Source: an uncultured Gemella sp. (lineage in GTDB: Bacteria; Bacillota; Bacilli; Staphylococcales; Gemellaceae). From it: a DNA stretch of 64,000 bases. Within the stretch, counting starts at the first letter, position 1; each line of letters begins with the position of its first letter. Position numbers and translations under genes: made by a program. Shown piece by piece: positions 50,615 through 63,986 of the stretch. The notes under the pieces were generated by a model. That model was not told where the DNA came from. It was given only the letters and a program-made list of their open reading frames with translations, and ran no database searches. The DNA lies in NCBI RefSeq assembly GCF_963515875.1, contig NZ_CAUPZX010000004.1:8461-72460 (forward strand). Reading direction: 5' to 3'.

Positions 50615-51988
50615 ATGGAGAAAATTTTATCTCTTGCAAAAAACAGAGGATTCGTATTTCAAGGGTCTGAAATTTATGGTGGATTAGCTAATACTTGGGA
50701 TTACGGTCCGCTTGGTGTAGAATTAAAAAATAATGTAAAAAAAGCATGGTGGAAAAAATTCGTTCAAGAATCACCTTATAATGTTGGGTTGGATGCAGCA
50801 ATCTTCATGAACCCTCGTACTTGGGAAGCATCAGGGCACGTAGGTAACTTCAGTGATCCTATGATGGATTGTAAAGTTTGTAAATCACGTCTTCGTGCTG
50901 ATAAACTTATTGAAGAATTTTATTTTAATGAAAAAAATGAAGATGTAGTAGTAGATGGTCTTCCATTTGAAGAGCTAGAGGCTATTATTGATCGTGAAAA
51001 CATTAAATGTCCAGAATGTGGTAGCCATGATTACACAAACATTCGTCAATTTAACCTTATGTTCAAAACTAACCAAGGTGTAGTAGAAAACTCTACGAGC
51101 CAAATTTACCTACGTCCAGAAACAGCGCAAGGTATCTTTGTAAACTTCAAAAATGTTCAACGTAGTATGCGTAAAAAATTACCATTCGGTATTGGACAAA
51201 TCGGAAAATCATTCCGTAATGAAATTACACCAGGTAACTTTATCTTCCGTACTCGTGAATTCGAACAAATGGAATTAGAATTCTTCTGTGAGCCAGGAAC
51301 GGAGCTAGATTGGCATGCAACTTGGAAAAATAATTGTGAGAAATTCTTATTAGACTTAGGTATGACTAAAGAAAATATCCGTCTTCGTGATCATGATCAA
51401 GAAGAATTATCTCACTATTCTAACGCAACTACTGATATTGAGTTTAAATTCCCATTCGGTTGGGGAGAACTTTGGGGTATTGCTTCAAGAACAGATTACG
51501 ATTTAAAACAACATATGGAACACTCTGGTCAAGATTTAACATATCAAGATCTAACTACAAATGAAAAATTCATTCCATACTGTATTGAACCATCAGTAGG
51601 GGTTGACCGTGTTCTTTTAGCATTCTTATGTGATGCGTATAATGAGGAAGAGGTTGGGGAAAATGATACTCGTACAGTTCTAAAATTCCACCCAGCGTTA
51701 GCACCTTATAAAGCGGCTGTTTTACCACTTTCTAAAAAATTAAGTGATAAAGCTGTTGAAGTATATCAACAATTAGCAGCGGACTTTATGGTTGATTTTG
51801 ATGAAACTGGATCAATCGGTAAGAGATATAGAAGACAAGATGAAGTTGGTACTCCATTCTGTATCACTTATGACTTCGAATCAGAAAATGATGGAATGGT
51901 AACTGTTCGTGATAGAGATACAATGGAACAAACTCGTATTCCAATCGCTGAATTAAAACAATATATCGAAGAAAAAATAAAATTCTAA
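50615..51988 (+). CDS. glyQS: Glycine--tRNA ligase (alpha2 type)
   Basis: [41 protein letters not shown]. Confidence 0.97.
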   Translation: MEKILSLAKNRGFVFQGSEIYGGLANTWDYGPLGVELKNNVKKAWWKKFVQESPYNVGLDAAIFMNPRTWEASGHVGNFSDPMMDCKVCKSRLRADKLIEEFYFNEKNEDVVVDGLPFEELEAIIDRENIKCPECGSHDYTNIRQFNLMFKTNQGVVENSTSQIYLRPETAQGIFVNFKNVQRSMRKKLPFGIGQIGKSFRNEITPGNFIFRTREFEQMELEFFCEPGTELDWHATWKNNCEKFLLDLGMTKENIRLRDHDQEELSHYSNATTDIEFKFPFGWGELWGIASRTDYDLKQHMEHSGQDLTYQDLTTNEKFIPYCIEPSVGVDRVLLAFLCDAYNEEEVGENDTRTVLKFHPALAPYKAAVLPLSKKLSDKAVEVYQQLAADFMVDFDETGSIGKRYRRQDEVGTPFCITYDFESENDGMVTVRDRDTMEQTRIPIAELKQYIEEKIKF

Positions 51989-52173
51989 TAAATAAACACT
52001 CAGAACGTTAGTTCTGGGTGCTTATTTTTATGTTTAAGAAAGTATGTAGATAAAAAGTTTGTTGTTTAATTATGAAATTAACTGAGTTAAAAGATAAATA
52101 ATAAAAAAGTTCCTGTTTTATTAAAAATTTCGGAAGAAATTTGCTTAATATCCGATTTTTCTAAAGATAGCAC

Positions 52174-52202
52174 TTGATAAATTATTTAAGTAGTAGTATA
52201 AT
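52174..52202 (+). promoter_or_regulatory. Sigma-A promoter of pur operon
   Basis: TTGATA-17 bp-TATAAT. Confidence 0.75.
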
Positions 52203-52287
52203 TTTAATTGTAGACGTACGATGAGATTCTGATATATAAAAATCTAATCAAAACACGTACATTTAAATAAAAAAAGGAGCTTAAAGT

Positions 52288-52764
52288 ATGAAAGTTGCGG
52301 TGATTATGGGTTCGAAATCGGATTATACAACGATGGAAGAAACTTGTAAGTTGTTAGAAGAATTCGAAATTCCTTTTGATAAAAAAGTAGTAAGTGCACA
52401 TAGGACACCAGATTTATTAGTTGAATTTTCAAAGAATGCAAGAAAAAATGGCTATTCTTTAATTATAGCTGCGGCAGGAGGAGCGGCACATCTTCCGGGG
52501 ATGGTTGCTTCTATGACGACATTACCAGTCATTGGTGTACCGATTAAATCGAGTGTTCTTAGTGGAGTTGATTCATTGTATTCGATAGTTCAGATGCCTG
52601 CTGGTGTTCCGGTCTTAACTATGGCAATAGGTGTAGCTGGAGCGAAAAATGCGGCTATTAGTGCCTTATCAATACTAGGAATCACTAATGAAAAGTATGC
52701 TAATAAATACGAACAATTCAAGAAAGAACAAGAAAGAATAGTATTGGAAGAGATGAAACTATGA
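52288..52764 (+). CDS. purE: N5-CAIR mutase
   Basis: IMGSKSD, SAHRTP, AAHLPGM, SIVQMP. Confidence 0.97.
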   Translation: MKVAVIMGSKSDYTTMEETCKLLEEFEIPFDKKVVSAHRTPDLLVEFSKNARKNGYSLIIAAAGGAAHLPGMVASMTTLPVIGVPIKSSVLSGVDSLYSIVQMPAGVPVLTMAIGVAGAKNAAISALSILGITNEKYANKYEQFKKEQERIVLEEMKL

Positions 52765-53804
52765 TTAAGACAATTTTACCAGGAAAAACTATTGGAATAA
52801 TCGGTGGTGGTCAACTAGGAAGAATGCTCGCTATGAGCGCTAAGGAGATGGGCTATAAAATTGCTATTCTAGATCCTAGTGATAGCTGTTGTGCTAAAAT
52901 TTTTAGCGATGTCTTTATTCAAGCGGAGTTCAATGATTTTGAAAGTGTTGAAAAGTTATGTTCATTAAGTGATGTCATTACTTTTGAATTTGAAAATATC
53001 GATGCCGCTTCTTTAGAAAAGCTAGAGAAAAAGTATAATATTGTCCAAAGTGCAGAAGTGCTAAGAACTACTCAGCACAGATATTATGAAAAAGAATTTG
53101 CTAAAAAACTAGATATTCCAACTGTAGATTATATATATGTAGAAGAAGATACAAATGTAGAAATAACAAAGCCATATTTAATGAAAACTGTGCGTTTTGG
53201 TTATGATGGAAAAGGTCAGAAAAAGATAAATTCTAGTGAAGAAGTAGAACCACATACTTTATTAGAAGAGTTCGTTAAACTTGATAAAGAAATCTCGGTA
53301 GTTGCGGTGAAAGATAGAGATGAGGTAAATATCGTCGCAGTAGTAGAAAATGAACATAGAAATAATATCTTGTATCGCTCGAAAGTTCCTACTACAGCAA
53401 CTAGTGAACAAGAGGCACTTGCGATAGAGTATACAAAAAGAATTCTTAGTAATTTTGACTATTATGGAGTACTTACTGTTGAGTTCTTTATAAGTAAAGG
53501 TAAGGTGATTTTTAATGAAATAGCACCGCGAGTTCACAATTCAGGTCATATAACGATGCAGAGTGCCACTAAGAGTCAATTTAGAGCTCATATTGAGGCA
53601 ATATGCGGCTTGAAAGTCGGAAAAATAGAGAATAAAGAAACGACACTTTATAACATACTTGGTCAAGATTTAGAGTATTTTATAGATGTATATAAAAACA
53701 AAGGTGGTTACTTACACTTATATGAAAAAGAACCGCGCCAAGATAGAAAAATAGGACATATTAATTTTTACGGTGATGTAATTTTAGGAGGAGAACATGA
53801 CTAA
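52761..53804 (+). CDS. purK: N5-CAIR synthetase
   Basis: IGGGQLGRM, TFEFEN, GYDGKGQ, NEIAPRVHNSGH. Confidence 0.96.
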   Translation: MIKTILPGKTIGIIGGGQLGRMLAMSAKEMGYKIAILDPSDSCCAKIFSDVFIQAEFNDFESVEKLCSLSDVITFEFENIDAASLEKLEKKYNIVQSAEVLRTTQHRYYEKEFAKKLDIPTVDYIYVEEDTNVEITKPYLMKTVRFGYDGKGQKKINSSEEVEPHTLLEEFVKLDKEISVVAVKDRDEVNIVAVVENEHRNNILYRSKVPTTATSEQEALAIEYTKRILSNFDYYGVLTVEFFISKGKVIFNEIAPRVHNSGHITMQSATKSQFRAHIEAICGLKVGKIENKETTLYNILGQDLEYFIDVYKNKGGYLHLYEKEPRQDRKIGHINFYGDVILGGEHD

Positions 53805-56800
53805 TAAACGAATTTTTGTAAAAAAACGTAATGGATATAATAAGGAAGAATTACAGCTAAGAGACAACCTGAACTTAGAGTTTAATCTAGGACTTGACTC
53901 TGTAGAGTTGTATGTAATTTATGATGTCTTTAATATTGATGAAGAAACTTATGAACTAGCTAAAACTTCTGTGTTTTCTGAGATTGTTGTTGATGAAGTA
54001 TTTGAAGATGTTGAGCTTAATGATGGGAAGTACTTTGCTTATGAAGTCCTACCTGCCCAATACGATCAAAGAGCTGATAGCGCAAAAGAAAGCATAAGAT
54101 TGCTTAACTCAAAAAGTAAAGCAACTGTACGAAGTGGTAAGCTAGTTCTTTTTAATAAACAGTTAACAGATGAACAACTAGAACTTGTAGAAAACTACTT
54201 AGTAAATCCTATTGAAGCTCGTAAAAAAGATTTATCAATTCTTGATTTTACACTAGATTCTACTCCAAAACCACTAAAAGATCTAGCTGGATTCTTAGAG
54301 TTTGACAAAGATTCGTTACTTGGTCTTAAAAAAGAATTTTCTCTAGCGATGAATATTGAAGACTTAGTATTTATCCAAGATTACTTTAAAAAAGAAGGTC
54401 GTGTACCAACTGAAACTGAAATCTATGTATTAGATTGCTATTGGAGTGATCACTGCCGACACACTACATTTGAAACTGTACTGGATGAAGTTAAAATTGA
54501 GTCAGAACTTTTCCAAAAAGAGATGCAAGATGCATTTGATTATTACTTAAAAGTGCGTGATGAACTTGATCGTAATGATAAACCTATTACTCTTATGGAT
54601 ATGGCGAGTATTATCGGTAAATATCATGTAAAAGTATTAAAAGATGAAAATATTGAAGTAAGTGAAGAAATTAATGCATGTTCATTCTTTACTACTATAG
54701 AGAATAATGGTGAAAAAGAACGTTGGTTAATTCAATTCAAAAATGAAACTCATAACCACCCAAGTGAAATCGAACCATTCGGGGGAGCAAGTACTTGTAT
54801 AGGGGGAGCTATTAGAGACCCACTATCAGGACGTAGTTACGTATATCAAGCTATGCGTATTTCAGGAAGTGGTAATGTATTACAAAAACGTGAGGATACT
54901 TTAAAACACAAACTTCCTCAAGTAGATATAGCTAAAGGAACTGCACATGGTAACTCATCATACGGTAACCAAATTGGACTTGCGACTACTTTTGTTCGTG
55001 AATTATATGATGATAGTTATGTAGCTAAACATATGGAAGTTGGTGCTGTAGTCGGAGCTGTTAAGGACGGAGATTATAAACGTGAAACGCTTGTCGATGG
55101 TGATATCGTTGTAATGATTGGTGGTAGAACTGGTCGTGATGGTATTCAAGGCGCGAGTGGCTCAAGTGTAGAACATACTAATGATTCATTAAATACTATG
55201 TCTAGCCAAGTTCAAAAAGGTAATGCTCCAGAAGAACGTAAATTACAACGTTTATTTAGAAAACCAGAAGTTACAAGACTTGTTAAAAAATGTAATGACT
55301 TTGGAGCTGGTGGTGTTTGTGTAGCTATCGGTGAACTTTCTGACGGTATTGAAATTCATTTAGAAAAAGTTCTTACAAAATATCAAGGCTTAAATGCGAC
55401 AGAATTAGCAACTAGTGAATCTCAAGAACGTATGGCGGTAGCGATAGATAAAAAAGATTATGAGACATTTGTTCGTGAATGTGAAAAAGAAAATATCGAA
55501 TACGCTCATGTTGCTACGATAACTAATAGACGTAGATTAGAAATGTATTACAACGATGAGAAAGTTGTTGATATGAGTGCTGATTTCTTAGAAACAAGTG
55601 GTGTTCGTCAAAAATCGACAGTAACGATGAAAGATAATACTGCAGCTAATCCATTCTTAAATAAAGAAGTAACTCGTGAAAATATTCTTGGAGAATTAGG
55701 TGAGTTAAATGTAACTTGTCAAAAAGGTCTTGCTCAAAAATTTGACTCTTCAATTGGTGTAACTACAGTACTTATGCCTTTTGCAGGTAAACATAAACTT
55801 ACACCTGTTCAAGCGAGTGTTCAAGCTTTACCGACATTACATATAACAAGTGATACTGCTACAATCTTAACTTATGGATTTATTCCAAAAATTTCTTACT
55901 ACTCACCATTCCTATCGTCTATTTATGCGGTGTTAGAATCAGTAGCAAAAGTATACGCGGTAGGTGGAAATAAAGATAGCTTATACTTCTCATTCCAAGA
56001 ATACTTCGAAAAATTAGGAACTGATAGTACTAAATGGGGTAAAGTTACTCAAAGTTTATTAGGAAGTATTTACGCTCAAAAAGAAATTGGTAGACCAAGT
56101 ATCGGTGGTAAGGATAGTATGTCAGGTACTTTCAATGATTTAAATGTAGTTGAGACATTAATTTCATTTGCTTGTACACCTGTAAAAATAGCTGATGTAA
56201 TTACTCCTGAACTTAAACAAGTTGGTAATAGTTTATACTATGTTCCTGTAGAAAAAGATGAAAAAGGATATCCAGATATTAAGAAAACGTTAGAAAATTA
56301 TGAACTTGTTCATAAATATATTAAAGAAGGTAAGATAGTATCTGCATATGTCCAAGAAGAAGGAAGCATTGCGGCTTCATTAGTGAAAATGTCACTTGGT
56401 AATGATCTTGGTTTTGAAGTTGAAAAAGAAAATATTCTTAACTTTGATCCAGCGTCTCTTGTAGTAGAAGCAACGGTAGAACTACCGTTTGAAAAATTAG
56501 GAAAAGTTAGTGAAAGAATTATAATTAATAACGAAGTGTTTATGCATAAAGATATTTACGAAGCATACACAAAAACACTAAATAAAGTTTATCCATTATA
56601 TCAAAATGAAGATAAAGGTAATGTTGAAAATCTTCATACAGAATATAAAGAGAAAAAATACTATCCAGAATATGTAGAAGAAGTAAAAGTAGTTATTCCA
56701 GTATTCCCTGGTACAAACTGTGAATATGATAGTGAAAAAGCCTTCTTAGAAGCTGGAGCTACACCTATTACAGTAGTTATTAGAAATACTCGTGAAGATG

Positions 56801-57474
56801 ATATTGAACAATCGATAGAAGAATTCACAAAAGCTATTGAACAGTCTCATATCATTATGTTCCCTGGAGGATTCTCAAGTGGGGATGAACCAGATGGAAG
56901 TGCTAAATACATTGTAAACTTCTTAAAAAATGAAAAAGTTAAGGATGCAATTCATAAACACCTTGCTCAGAAAAAATTAATCTTAGGTGTATGTAATGGA
57001 TTCCAAGCATTACTAAAATCAGGGCTATTACCATACGGTGAAGTTAGAGAGGTGGCAGAAGATGACCTAACACTATACAGAAATGATAGTTATGAACATA
57101 TTTCGACTACAGCCTTTACTCGTGTAGCTAATACAAACTCGCCTTGGTTGCAAGATTTCAATATTGGAGATCAACATGAAGTAGTGTTCAGTCATGGTGA
57201 AGGTAAAGTAGTAGGACTTAATATTAACAAATTTAAACATCTTGTCGCTTTCCAATATAGTGATTTCGATGGTAATGCTACATTAAATGGTCGTTTCAAT
57301 CCTAACGGATCGGTTCTAGCTACTGAAGGATTAGTTAGTGAAGATGGTCTTATTCTAGGAAAAATGGGACACAGCGAAAGATACGGAGCTACATTATACA
57401 AAACAAATACAATAAAAGTAAAACAAGATATATTCAAAAATGGAGTTAATTACTTCAAAGGGGGAAAAAAATAA
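53797..57474 (+). CDS. purL: Single-chain phosphoribosylformylglycinamidine synthase (fused synthetase plus glutaminase)
   Basis: [48 protein letters not shown]. Confidence 0.96.
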   Translation: MTNKRIFVKKRNGYNKEELQLRDNLNLEFNLGLDSVELYVIYDVFNIDEETYELAKTSVFSEIVVDEVFEDVELNDGKYFAYEVLPAQYDQRADSAKESIRLLNSKSKATVRSGKLVLFNKQLTDEQLELVENYLVNPIEARKKDLSILDFTLDSTPKPLKDLAGFLEFDKDSLLGLKKEFSLAMNIEDLVFIQDYFKKEGRVPTETEIYVLDCYWSDHCRHTTFETVLDEVKIESELFQKEMQDAFDYYLKVRDELDRNDKPITLMDMASIIGKYHVKVLKDENIEVSEEINACSFFTTIENNGEKERWLIQFKNETHNHPSEIEPFGGASTCIGGAIRDPLSGRSYVYQAMRISGSGNVLQKREDTLKHKLPQVDIAKGTAHGNSSYGNQIGLATTFVRELYDDSYVAKHMEVGAVVGAVKDGDYKRETLVDGDIVVMIGGRTGRDGIQGASGSSVEHTNDSLNTMSSQVQKGNAPEERKLQRLFRKPEVTRLVKKCNDFGAGGVCVAIGELSDGIEIHLEKVLTKYQGLNATELATSESQERMAVAIDKKDYETFVRECEKENIEYAHVATITNRRRLEMYYNDEKVVDMSADFLETSGVRQKSTVTMKDNTAANPFLNKEVTRENILGELGELNVTCQKGLAQKFDSSIGVTTVLMPFAGKHKLTPVQASVQALPTLHITSDTATILTYGFIPKISYYSPFLSSIYAVLESVAKVYAVGGNKDSLYFSFQEYFEKLGTDSTKWGKVTQSLLGSIYAQKEIGRPSIGGKDSMSGTFNDLNVVETLISFACTPVKIADVITPELKQVGNSLYYVPVEKDEKGYPDIKKTLENYELVHKYIKEGKIVSAYVQEEGSIAASLVKMSLGNDLGFEVEKENILNFDPASLVVEATVELPFEKLGKVSERIIINNEVFMHKDIYEAYTKTLNKVYPLYQNEDKGNVENLHTEYKEKKYYPEYVEEVKVVIPVFPGTNCEYDSEKAFLEAGATPITVVIRNTREDDIEQSIEEFTKAIEQSHIIMFPGGFSSGDEPDGSAKYIVNFLKNEKVKDAIHKHLAQKKLILGVCNGFQALLKSGLLPYGEVREVAEDDLTLYRNDSYEHISTTAFTRVANTNSPWLQDFNIGDQHEVVFSHGEGKVVGLNINKFKHLVAFQYSDFDGNATLNGRFNPNGSVLATEGLVSEDGLILGKMGHSERYGATLYKTNTIKVKQDIFKNGVNYFKGGKK

Positions 57475-58175
57475 TGAAACTTTTATACGAAGGAAAAGCA
57501 AAACAACTGTTCGAATGTGAAAACAATGATGAAATATATGTGCATTATAAAAATAGTGCTACTGCCTTCAACGGTGTAAAAAAAGAAGAGTTTGAAGGTA
57601 AAGGAGTATTCAATAATACAATTACTTCATTAATCTTTGAATACCTAGAAAAACAAGGTGTAAAAACTCACTTTATTAGAAAAGTTAATGAAACAGACCA
57701 AATTTGTAAGCACGTAACGATAGTACCTTTAGAAGTGATTGTTCGTAATATAGTAGCAGGATCTATGGCGAAGAAATATGGACTTGAAGAAGGAAAAAAA
57801 TTAAAAAAACCAGTCTTTGAGCTAAGTTATAAAAATGATGAACTAAATGACCCACTAATTAACAATGATCATGCAGTGGCATTAGAAATCGTTACAGAAG
57901 AAGAGTTAGAAAATATTAGAAATCAAGCTTTAAAAATCAACGAACTATTACAAAAATTGTACTTAGATGCAAACTTAGTACTTGTCGATTTCAAAATTGA
58001 ATTCGGAAAAACTAAAGATGGTGAAATTATCTTAGCTGATGAGATTTCTCCAGATACATGTCGTCTTTGGGATAAGGATACAAATGAAAAATTAGACAAA
58101 GATAGATTTAGAAGAGATTTAGGTTCAGTAATGGAAGCTTATGAAGAAGTTTTAAGGAGATTAAAAAATGCGTAG
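57474..58175 (+). CDS. purC: SAICAR synthase
   Basis: [29 protein letters not shown]. Confidence 0.97.
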   Translation: MKLLYEGKAKQLFECENNDEIYVHYKNSATAFNGVKKEEFEGKGVFNNTITSLIFEYLEKQGVKTHFIRKVNETDQICKHVTIVPLEVIVRNIVAGSMAKKYGLEEGKKLKKPVFELSYKNDELNDPLINNDHAVALEIVTEEELENIRNQALKINELLQKLYLDANLVLVDFKIEFGKTKDGEIILADEISPDTCRLWDKDTNEKLDKDRFRRDLGSVMEAYEEVLRRLKNA

Positions 58176-59619
58176 TCTTAATGAAGAATGTGGAGTATTT
58201 GGTATTTGGGGACATCCTGAAGCAAGTAATGTGACGTACTTTGGTTTACATAGTTTACAACATAGAGGTCAAGAAGGGGCTGGAATAGTATCTAAAGAAG
58301 GTACTAAACTAAGAGGACATCGTGATCTAGGTTTGGTTTCTGAGGTGTTTCGCGATAAGGAAAAATTAGAAAGATTAGTTGGAGAAAGTGCTATTGGGCA
58401 TGTTAGATATGCGACTAGTGGAAGCAATAGCATTCAAAATATTCAACCATTTCTATTTCATTTCTATGATATGAGTGTTGGTATTTGTCACAATGGTAAC
58501 TTGATTAATGCTAAAACTCTAAAAAAAGAATTAGAACAGCAAGGTGCAATATTCCATTCTTCTTCTGATACTGAAGTACTTATTCATCTTATTAGAAGAA
58601 GTAAAAAAGAAACTTTTAAAGAACAACTTAAAGAAAGTTTAAATATTATTAAAGGTGGTTTTACATATCTAGTATTAACTGAAAAAACTCTTTATGGTGC
58701 GGTTGATCCAAATAGCTTCAGACCTTTAGCGATAGGTAAGATGAAAAATGGAGCGTACGTTGCAGCGAGTGAAACTTGTGCGCTAGATGTAGTCGGTGCT
58801 GAGTTTGTGTGTAATGTAGGTGCTGGAGAGCTAGTTACTATTAATGATAAAGGTATAAGAATTGAAAAATATACTGAAAATACACAAGTAGCTATAGCTG
58901 CGATGGAGTATGTGTATTTTGCTAGACCAGACTCTAACATTGCAGGTATTAACGTACATAGTGCTAGAAAAAGAACAGGACGTACACTTGCTAAAGAACA
59001 ACCTACACCTGATGCTGATATGGTAATTGGGGTACCTAACTCATCGTTATCAGCAGCCAGTGGTTATGCAGAAGAAAGTGGACTTCCATATGAAATGGGA
59101 TTAATTAAAAATCAATATGTAGCTCGTACATTCATTCAGCCTACTCAAGAACTTCGTGAACAAGGTGTAAGAATGAAACTATCAGCGGTTAGAGGTGTAG
59201 TTCAAGGTAAGAGTATTGTCTTAGTTGATGATTCGATTGTACGAGGGACTACTAGTAAGAGAATAGTTCAATTGCTAAAAGAAGCGGGAGCAAGAGAAGT
59301 ACACGTAAGAATTGCTTGTCCACCACTTATGTTCCCAAGTTTTTATGGAATAGATATATCTACTACAGAAGAACTTATTTCAGCTAACAAAACAAATGAA
59401 GAAATATGTGAAATTATTGGAGCCGATTCACTAGGTTTCTTAAGTGAACAAGGATTGATAGATTCTATTGGTTTAAATTATGATGCTCCTTATACAGGTT
59501 TATGTATGGAGTGTTATAACGGAGATTATTCAGCAGGTCTATATGACTATGAAGAAAGCTATGTTAATTCTATGACAGATATTCAAAAACAATTTCTAAA
59601 AGAGAGAGGTAGAATGTAA
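58168..59619 (+). CDS. purF: Amidophosphoribosyltransferase
   Basis: [27 protein letters not shown]. Confidence 0.97.
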   Translation: MRSLNEECGVFGIWGHPEASNVTYFGLHSLQHRGQEGAGIVSKEGTKLRGHRDLGLVSEVFRDKEKLERLVGESAIGHVRYATSGSNSIQNIQPFLFHFYDMSVGICHNGNLINAKTLKKELEQQGAIFHSSSDTEVLIHLIRRSKKETFKEQLKESLNIIKGGFTYLVLTEKTLYGAVDPNSFRPLAIGKMKNGAYVAASETCALDVVGAEFVCNVGAGELVTINDKGIRIEKYTENTQVAIAAMEYVYFARPDSNIAGINVHSARKRTGRTLAKEQPTPDADMVIGVPNSSLSAASGYAEESGLPYEMGLIKNQYVARTFIQPTQELREQGVRMKLSAVRGVVQGKSIVLVDDSIVRGTTSKRIVQLLKEAGAREVHVRIACPPLMFPSFYGIDISTTEELISANKTNEEICEIIGADSLGFLSEQGLIDSIGLNYDAPYTGLCMECYNGDYSAGLYDYEESYVNSMTDIQKQFLKERGRM

Positions 59620-60623
59620 TGAGTAAAAAGTATGAAGAAAGTGGTGTAAGTCTACAAGCAGGTTATGAAAGTGTAGAACGTATAAAAAAACATGTAGCAC
59701 GTACAAAAAATTTAGGAATGATGTCTGCAATAGGTGGTTTTGGTGGAGCATTCGACCTTAGTAGTTATAACTTTAAAAATCCAGTATTAGTTAGTGGTAC
59801 TGATGGTGTTGGAACTAAATTAAAACTTGCATTCGAATTAGATATTCATAACACTATAGGTATTGATGTTGTAGCGATGTGTGCCAACGATATACTGGCT
59901 CAAGGTGCAATTCCATTATTCTTCTTAGATTATTTAGCTGTAGGTAAAAACTACCCTGAACAAGTAGAAGCGATAGTTGAAGGTGTTGCTGAAGGTTGTG
60001 TTCAAGCAGGATGTGCGATAGTCGGTGGAGAGACTGCTGAGATGGCAGGATTTTATGAAGATGGAGAATATGATATTGCTGGATTCTGTGTCGGAGCTCA
60101 AGAGAAAGAACTATTACTAAGTACAGAGAATACAAAAGCAGGTCAAGTTGTGATAGGTCTTCCATCAAGTGGAGTACATTCTAATGGATTCTCTTTAGTA
60201 AGAAAAATTTTGAAAGATAATAATATTAGCTTAAATGAAGAATTTAACGGAAGTACAGTAGGAAAAACCTTATTAACACCAACTAAAATCTATGTAAAAG
60301 AAGTACTAAAAGTTTTAGAAGATGTAAAAGTAGCTGGAATAGCTCATATTACTGGAGGAGGATTCCATGAGAATTTACCTCGTGCTCTTAAAGATGGTTT
60401 AGGTATGAAAATTGATAAAGGTTCATATGTAGTACCAGAAGTATTCAAGTATCTACAAGAAAAAGGTAAGATTGATGAGGAAGAAATGTATCATATCTTC
60501 AATATGGGTGTAGGTATGGTATTAATAGTGAACAAGGAAGACGTAGATAAAACTTTATCATTAATTGATAATGCGTTTGTCCTTGGAGAAGTAACAGATG
60601 AAAGTGGAATAAAAATAGTATGA
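59619..60623 (+). CDS. purM: AIR synthase
   Basis: [32 protein letters not shown]. Confidence 0.97.
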   Translation: MSKKYEESGVSLQAGYESVERIKKHVARTKNLGMMSAIGGFGGAFDLSSYNFKNPVLVSGTDGVGTKLKLAFELDIHNTIGIDVVAMCANDILAQGAIPLFFLDYLAVGKNYPEQVEAIVEGVAEGCVQAGCAIVGGETAEMAGFYEDGEYDIAGFCVGAQEKELLLSTENTKAGQVVIGLPSSGVHSNGFSLVRKILKDNNISLNEEFNGSTVGKTLLTPTKIYVKEVLKVLEDVKVAGIAHITGGGFHENLPRALKDGLGMKIDKGSYVVPEVFKYLQEKGKIDEEEMYHIFNMGVGMVLIVNKEDVDKTLSLIDNAFVLGEVTDESGIKIV

Positions 60624-61183
60624 AGAAAGTAGCGATATTTGCATCAGGAACAGGAAGTAATTTTGAGAAAATTGCTGATGATGAAAGATTAAAAGACAAA
60701 ATTTCAATTGAGCTTTTAGTATGTGATAAAAAAAATGCAGCGGTAATAAAAAAAGCACATGATAGAAATATTAAAGTATTTATATTCTCTGCAAAAGATT
60801 TTGAATCAAAAGAAGCATATGAAAGTGTAATATTAGAAAAAGTTAAAGATTTAGACTATATATTTTTAGCAGGATATATGAGAATTATTTCACCATTTTT
60901 CTTAGAAAGATATAAAAAAACTATTCTTAATCTTCACCCATCCCTTTTACCGAAATTTAAAGGGAAGGATGCTATCGAACAAGCTTTTAATGCAGGCGAA
61001 AAAGAAATAGGAATTAGTATTCATTATGTAAATGAAGAACTTGATGGTGGAGAAGTAATCGCTCAAAGATCATTTGAAGTTTCAGATGAAGATACTTTAG
61101 AAACTGTTACTGAAAAAGTACATAAGCTAGAACATAAATTATATCCAGAAGTAATATTGAATTTAGTTGAGGAGGCACTATGA
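60620..61183 (+). CDS. purN: GAR formyltransferase
   Basis: [22 protein letters not shown]. Confidence 0.96.
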   Translation: MKKVAIFASGTGSNFEKIADDERLKDKISIELLVCDKKNAAVIKKAHDRNIKVFIFSAKDFESKEAYESVILEKVKDLDYIFLAGYMRIISPFFLERYKKTILNLHPSLLPKFKGKDAIEQAFNAGEKEIGISIHYVNEELDGGEVIAQRSFEVSDEDTLETVTEKVHKLEHKLYPEVILNLVEEAL

Positions 61184-62700
61184 CAAAAAGAGCGTTAATA
61201 AGTGTAAGTGATAAAACAAATATTGTAGAATTTGCAAAAGGTTTAGAAAAACATGGTTTCGAAGTTATTAGTACAGGTGGAACTTATACTCATTTGAAAA
61301 ATAACGGAGTAAGTTGTATTAGCATTGAGGATGTTACGCATTTTCCAGAAATTTTAGAAGGGCGTGTAAAAACTTTGCATCCTAAAATTCATGGAGGTCT
61401 ATTATCAAAACGTGGTAATGAACTTCATAATAAACATGTAGCTGAAAATAATATTGAATATATTGACTTAGTTTGTGTAAATTTATATCCATTTGAAGCT
61501 ACTGTAAAAAAAGAAGGAGTTAGTGAAGAGGAAATTATCGAAAATATTGATATCGGTGGTCCTAGTATGCTAAGAAGTGCGGCTAAAAACTTCAATGACG
61601 TAGCAGTAGTTACTGATATCAATGACTATGAAAAAGTTCTAGAAGAGCTTGAAAAAGGTGGAATAACGTATGAAACACGTCGTGCTTTAGCGATTAAAGT
61701 ATTTAATACTACTGCAAGTTACGATGCTGCTATCGCAAATTACTTTAATAAAAAAGATAATTTAGTACCTGAAAAATTAACATTATCGTATAAACTTCAA
61801 GATAGTCTTCGTTATGGGGAAAATCCTCATCAAAAAGCATATCACTACGTACAAGATAATAATGAAAGCTATGCTTTACAAAATGCTGTGCAACTTCATG
61901 GTAAGGAAATGTCATACAATAATATTCAAGATGCTTCTGCAGCACTGGATATTCTTGCAGAGTTTGATGAAACTACATGTGTTGCTGTTAAACATATGAA
62001 CCCATGTGGTGTAGCAACAGGAAATTCTGTATTTGAAGCATATAGTCGCGCATATGAAGCGGATCCTGTATCAATTTTTGGAGGAATTGTTGCAGTAAAT
62101 GGAAAAGTAGATAAAGAAACTGCTGAAAAAATGCACAGTATCTTTTTAGAAATTATACTAGCAACAGATTATGATGAAGAAGCGTTAGAGATATTAACTA
62201 AGAAGAAAAATCTACGTATCTATAAACTGTCAGAAAAAAATAATAATCATGAACAACAAATTAAAAGTGTTCGTGGTGGAATCTTAGTACAAGGTTTTAA
62301 CGATCAACTTGCTGATGAATATGAAGGTGTAACTGAGAAAAAAGTTGATGAAAGTCAACAAAGAGATATTGAGTTTGGTTTAAAAGTAGTAAAACATGTT
62401 AAGTCAAACGCAATAGTAGTAGTAAAAAATGGACAAACACTAGGAATAGGTGCTGGTCAAATGAATAGAGTAGGTTCATGTAGAATAGCTTTAGAACAAG
62501 CAGGGGAAAAAGCAAGAGGTGCAGTGCTAGCTTCTGATGCATTCTTCCCGATGAGAGATAGTGCTGATATTGCAGCTGATTATGGTATTGCCGCGATAGT
62601 GCAACCAGGAGGATCTATACGAGATCAAGAAAGCATAGATGCATGTAATGAGAAAGGTGTGGCGATGGTCTTCAGCAAAATACGCCACTTTAAACACTAA
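61180..62700 (+). CDS. purH: Bifunctional AICAR transformylase/IMP cyclohydrolase
   Basis: RALISVSDK, GRVKTLHP, LRYGENPHQ, ASDAFFP, RHFKH. Confidence 0.97.
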   Translation: MTKRALISVSDKTNIVEFAKGLEKHGFEVISTGGTYTHLKNNGVSCISIEDVTHFPEILEGRVKTLHPKIHGGLLSKRGNELHNKHVAENNIEYIDLVCVNLYPFEATVKKEGVSEEEIIENIDIGGPSMLRSAAKNFNDVAVVTDINDYEKVLEELEKGGITYETRRALAIKVFNTTASYDAAIANYFNKKDNLVPEKLTLSYKLQDSLRYGENPHQKAYHYVQDNNESYALQNAVQLHGKEMSYNNIQDASAALDILAEFDETTCVAVKHMNPCGVATGNSVFEAYSRAYEADPVSIFGGIVAVNGKVDKETAEKMHSIFLEIILATDYDEEALEILTKKKNLRIYKLSEKNNNHEQQIKSVRGGILVQGFNDQLADEYEGVTEKKVDESQQRDIEFGLKVVKHVKSNAIVVVKNGQTLGIGAGQMNRVGSCRIALEQAGEKARGAVLASDAFFPMRDSADIAADYGIAAIVQPGGSIRDQESIDACNEKGVAMVFSKIRHFKH

Positions 62701-62701
62701 T

Positions 62702-63937
62702 ATGGCTAAAGTATTAGTAGTAGGAAGCGGCGGTAGAGAGCACGCTATCGCTTATAAATTTCATAAAGAAGGTCACGAAGTACATATGGCAGGAATTAAC
62801 CCTGCAGTTGAAGAATTTGGAGTATGCGTAGCATTAACAGAAGACCAAATACCAAGCTATGCAAAAACAAATAGTATCGATCTTGTTTTCGTTGGGCCTG
62901 AAGTGCCATTAGTTAATGGTTTAGTAGATGAGCTTCAAAAAGAAGGTATCCGTGCCTTTGGACCATCTAAGCTTGCAGCACAACTAGAAGGAAGTAAAGT
63001 CTTCTCGAAAATGATGATGAGAAAATACAATATTCCGACAGCAAAATATGAAAGTTTCAATGATTATGAACAAGCAAAAGAGTATTTAAGCAAGCAAAAA
63101 GCACCTATAGTTCTTAAAGCAGATGGACTAGCAGCAGGTAAGGGTGTAATAATAGCAAATACTTTAGAAGAAGCGCAACATGAACTTAAAGAAATGATGT
63201 GTAATGCAAAATTCAATAAAGCTGGGTCTAGTGTTGTTATTGAGGAATTCTTACAAGGTGAAGAATTCTCGCTTATGTGCTTTGTCTCTGATAGAAAAGT
63301 TTATCCAATGGAAATTGCTCAAGATCATAAACGAGCATTTGATAATGATGAAGGTTTAAATACTGGAGGTATGGGAGCATATCTACCACTTAAGAAAATT
63401 ACTCAAGATGACATTGATGAAGGAGTTAGAAATGTAGTTCAACCTATGGTTGATGCTATGAGTGATGAAGGAATGCCATTTTACGGAATATTATATGCAG
63501 GACTTATGAAATGTCATGACGGAATAAAAACTATTGAATTTAACGTTCGTTTTGGTGATCCAGAAAGTGAAATATTACTTCTATCATTAGAAAGTGATTT
63601 ATATGAAATAGCAAACAATATTATAGATGGTAAAGAAGTAGAGTTGAAATGGAGTGAAGATGCATTTATCGGTGTTGTAATGGCAGCGAAAGGTTATCCT
63701 GAACACAGTGAAAAAGGTGCTGTTATAAATGGATTAGATAAAGTAACTACACCAGTATTCCATATGGGAACTAAGCGTGTTGGTGATGATATAGTAATTA
63801 ATGGTGGTCGTGTATTATTAGTTTGCGCTAGTGGAAAGACCTTGCAAGATGCATATAAAAAAGTGTATAATGAAATAGTAAAAATAGAATGTGAAGAACT
63901 ATTTTACAGAAAAGATATCGGTCATTTATCTTTATAG
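62702..63937 (+). CDS. purD: Phosphoribosylamine--glycine ligase
   Basis: GSGGREHA, KADGLAAGKGV, NTGGMGAY, EFNVRFGDPE; start moved to ATG 62702 right after the purH stop. Confidence 0.96.
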   Translation: MAKVLVVGSGGREHAIAYKFHKEGHEVHMAGINPAVEEFGVCVALTEDQIPSYAKTNSIDLVFVGPEVPLVNGLVDELQKEGIRAFGPSKLAAQLEGSKVFSKMMMRKYNIPTAKYESFNDYEQAKEYLSKQKAPIVLKADGLAAGKGVIIANTLEEAQHELKEMMCNAKFNKAGSSVVIEEFLQGEEFSLMCFVSDRKVYPMEIAQDHKRAFDNDEGLNTGGMGAYLPLKKITQDDIDEGVRNVVQPMVDAMSDEGMPFYGILYAGLMKCHDGIKTIEFNVRFGDPESEILLLSLESDLYEIANNIIDGKEVELKWSEDAFIGVVMAAKGYPEHSEKGAVINGLDKVTTPVFHMGTKRVGDDIVINGGRVLLVCASGKTLQDAYKKVYNEIVKIECEELFYRKDIGHLSL

Positions 63938-63986
63938 TATTTTTAAATAAACCGATTGAAAAATAGAACATCAGGAGATTATTGCA

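Noticed and set aside
1630..61999. Numerous short antisense or alternate-frame ORFs inside housekeeping genes
   Set aside because: Shadow ORFs from codon bias; no SD and no recognisable motifs
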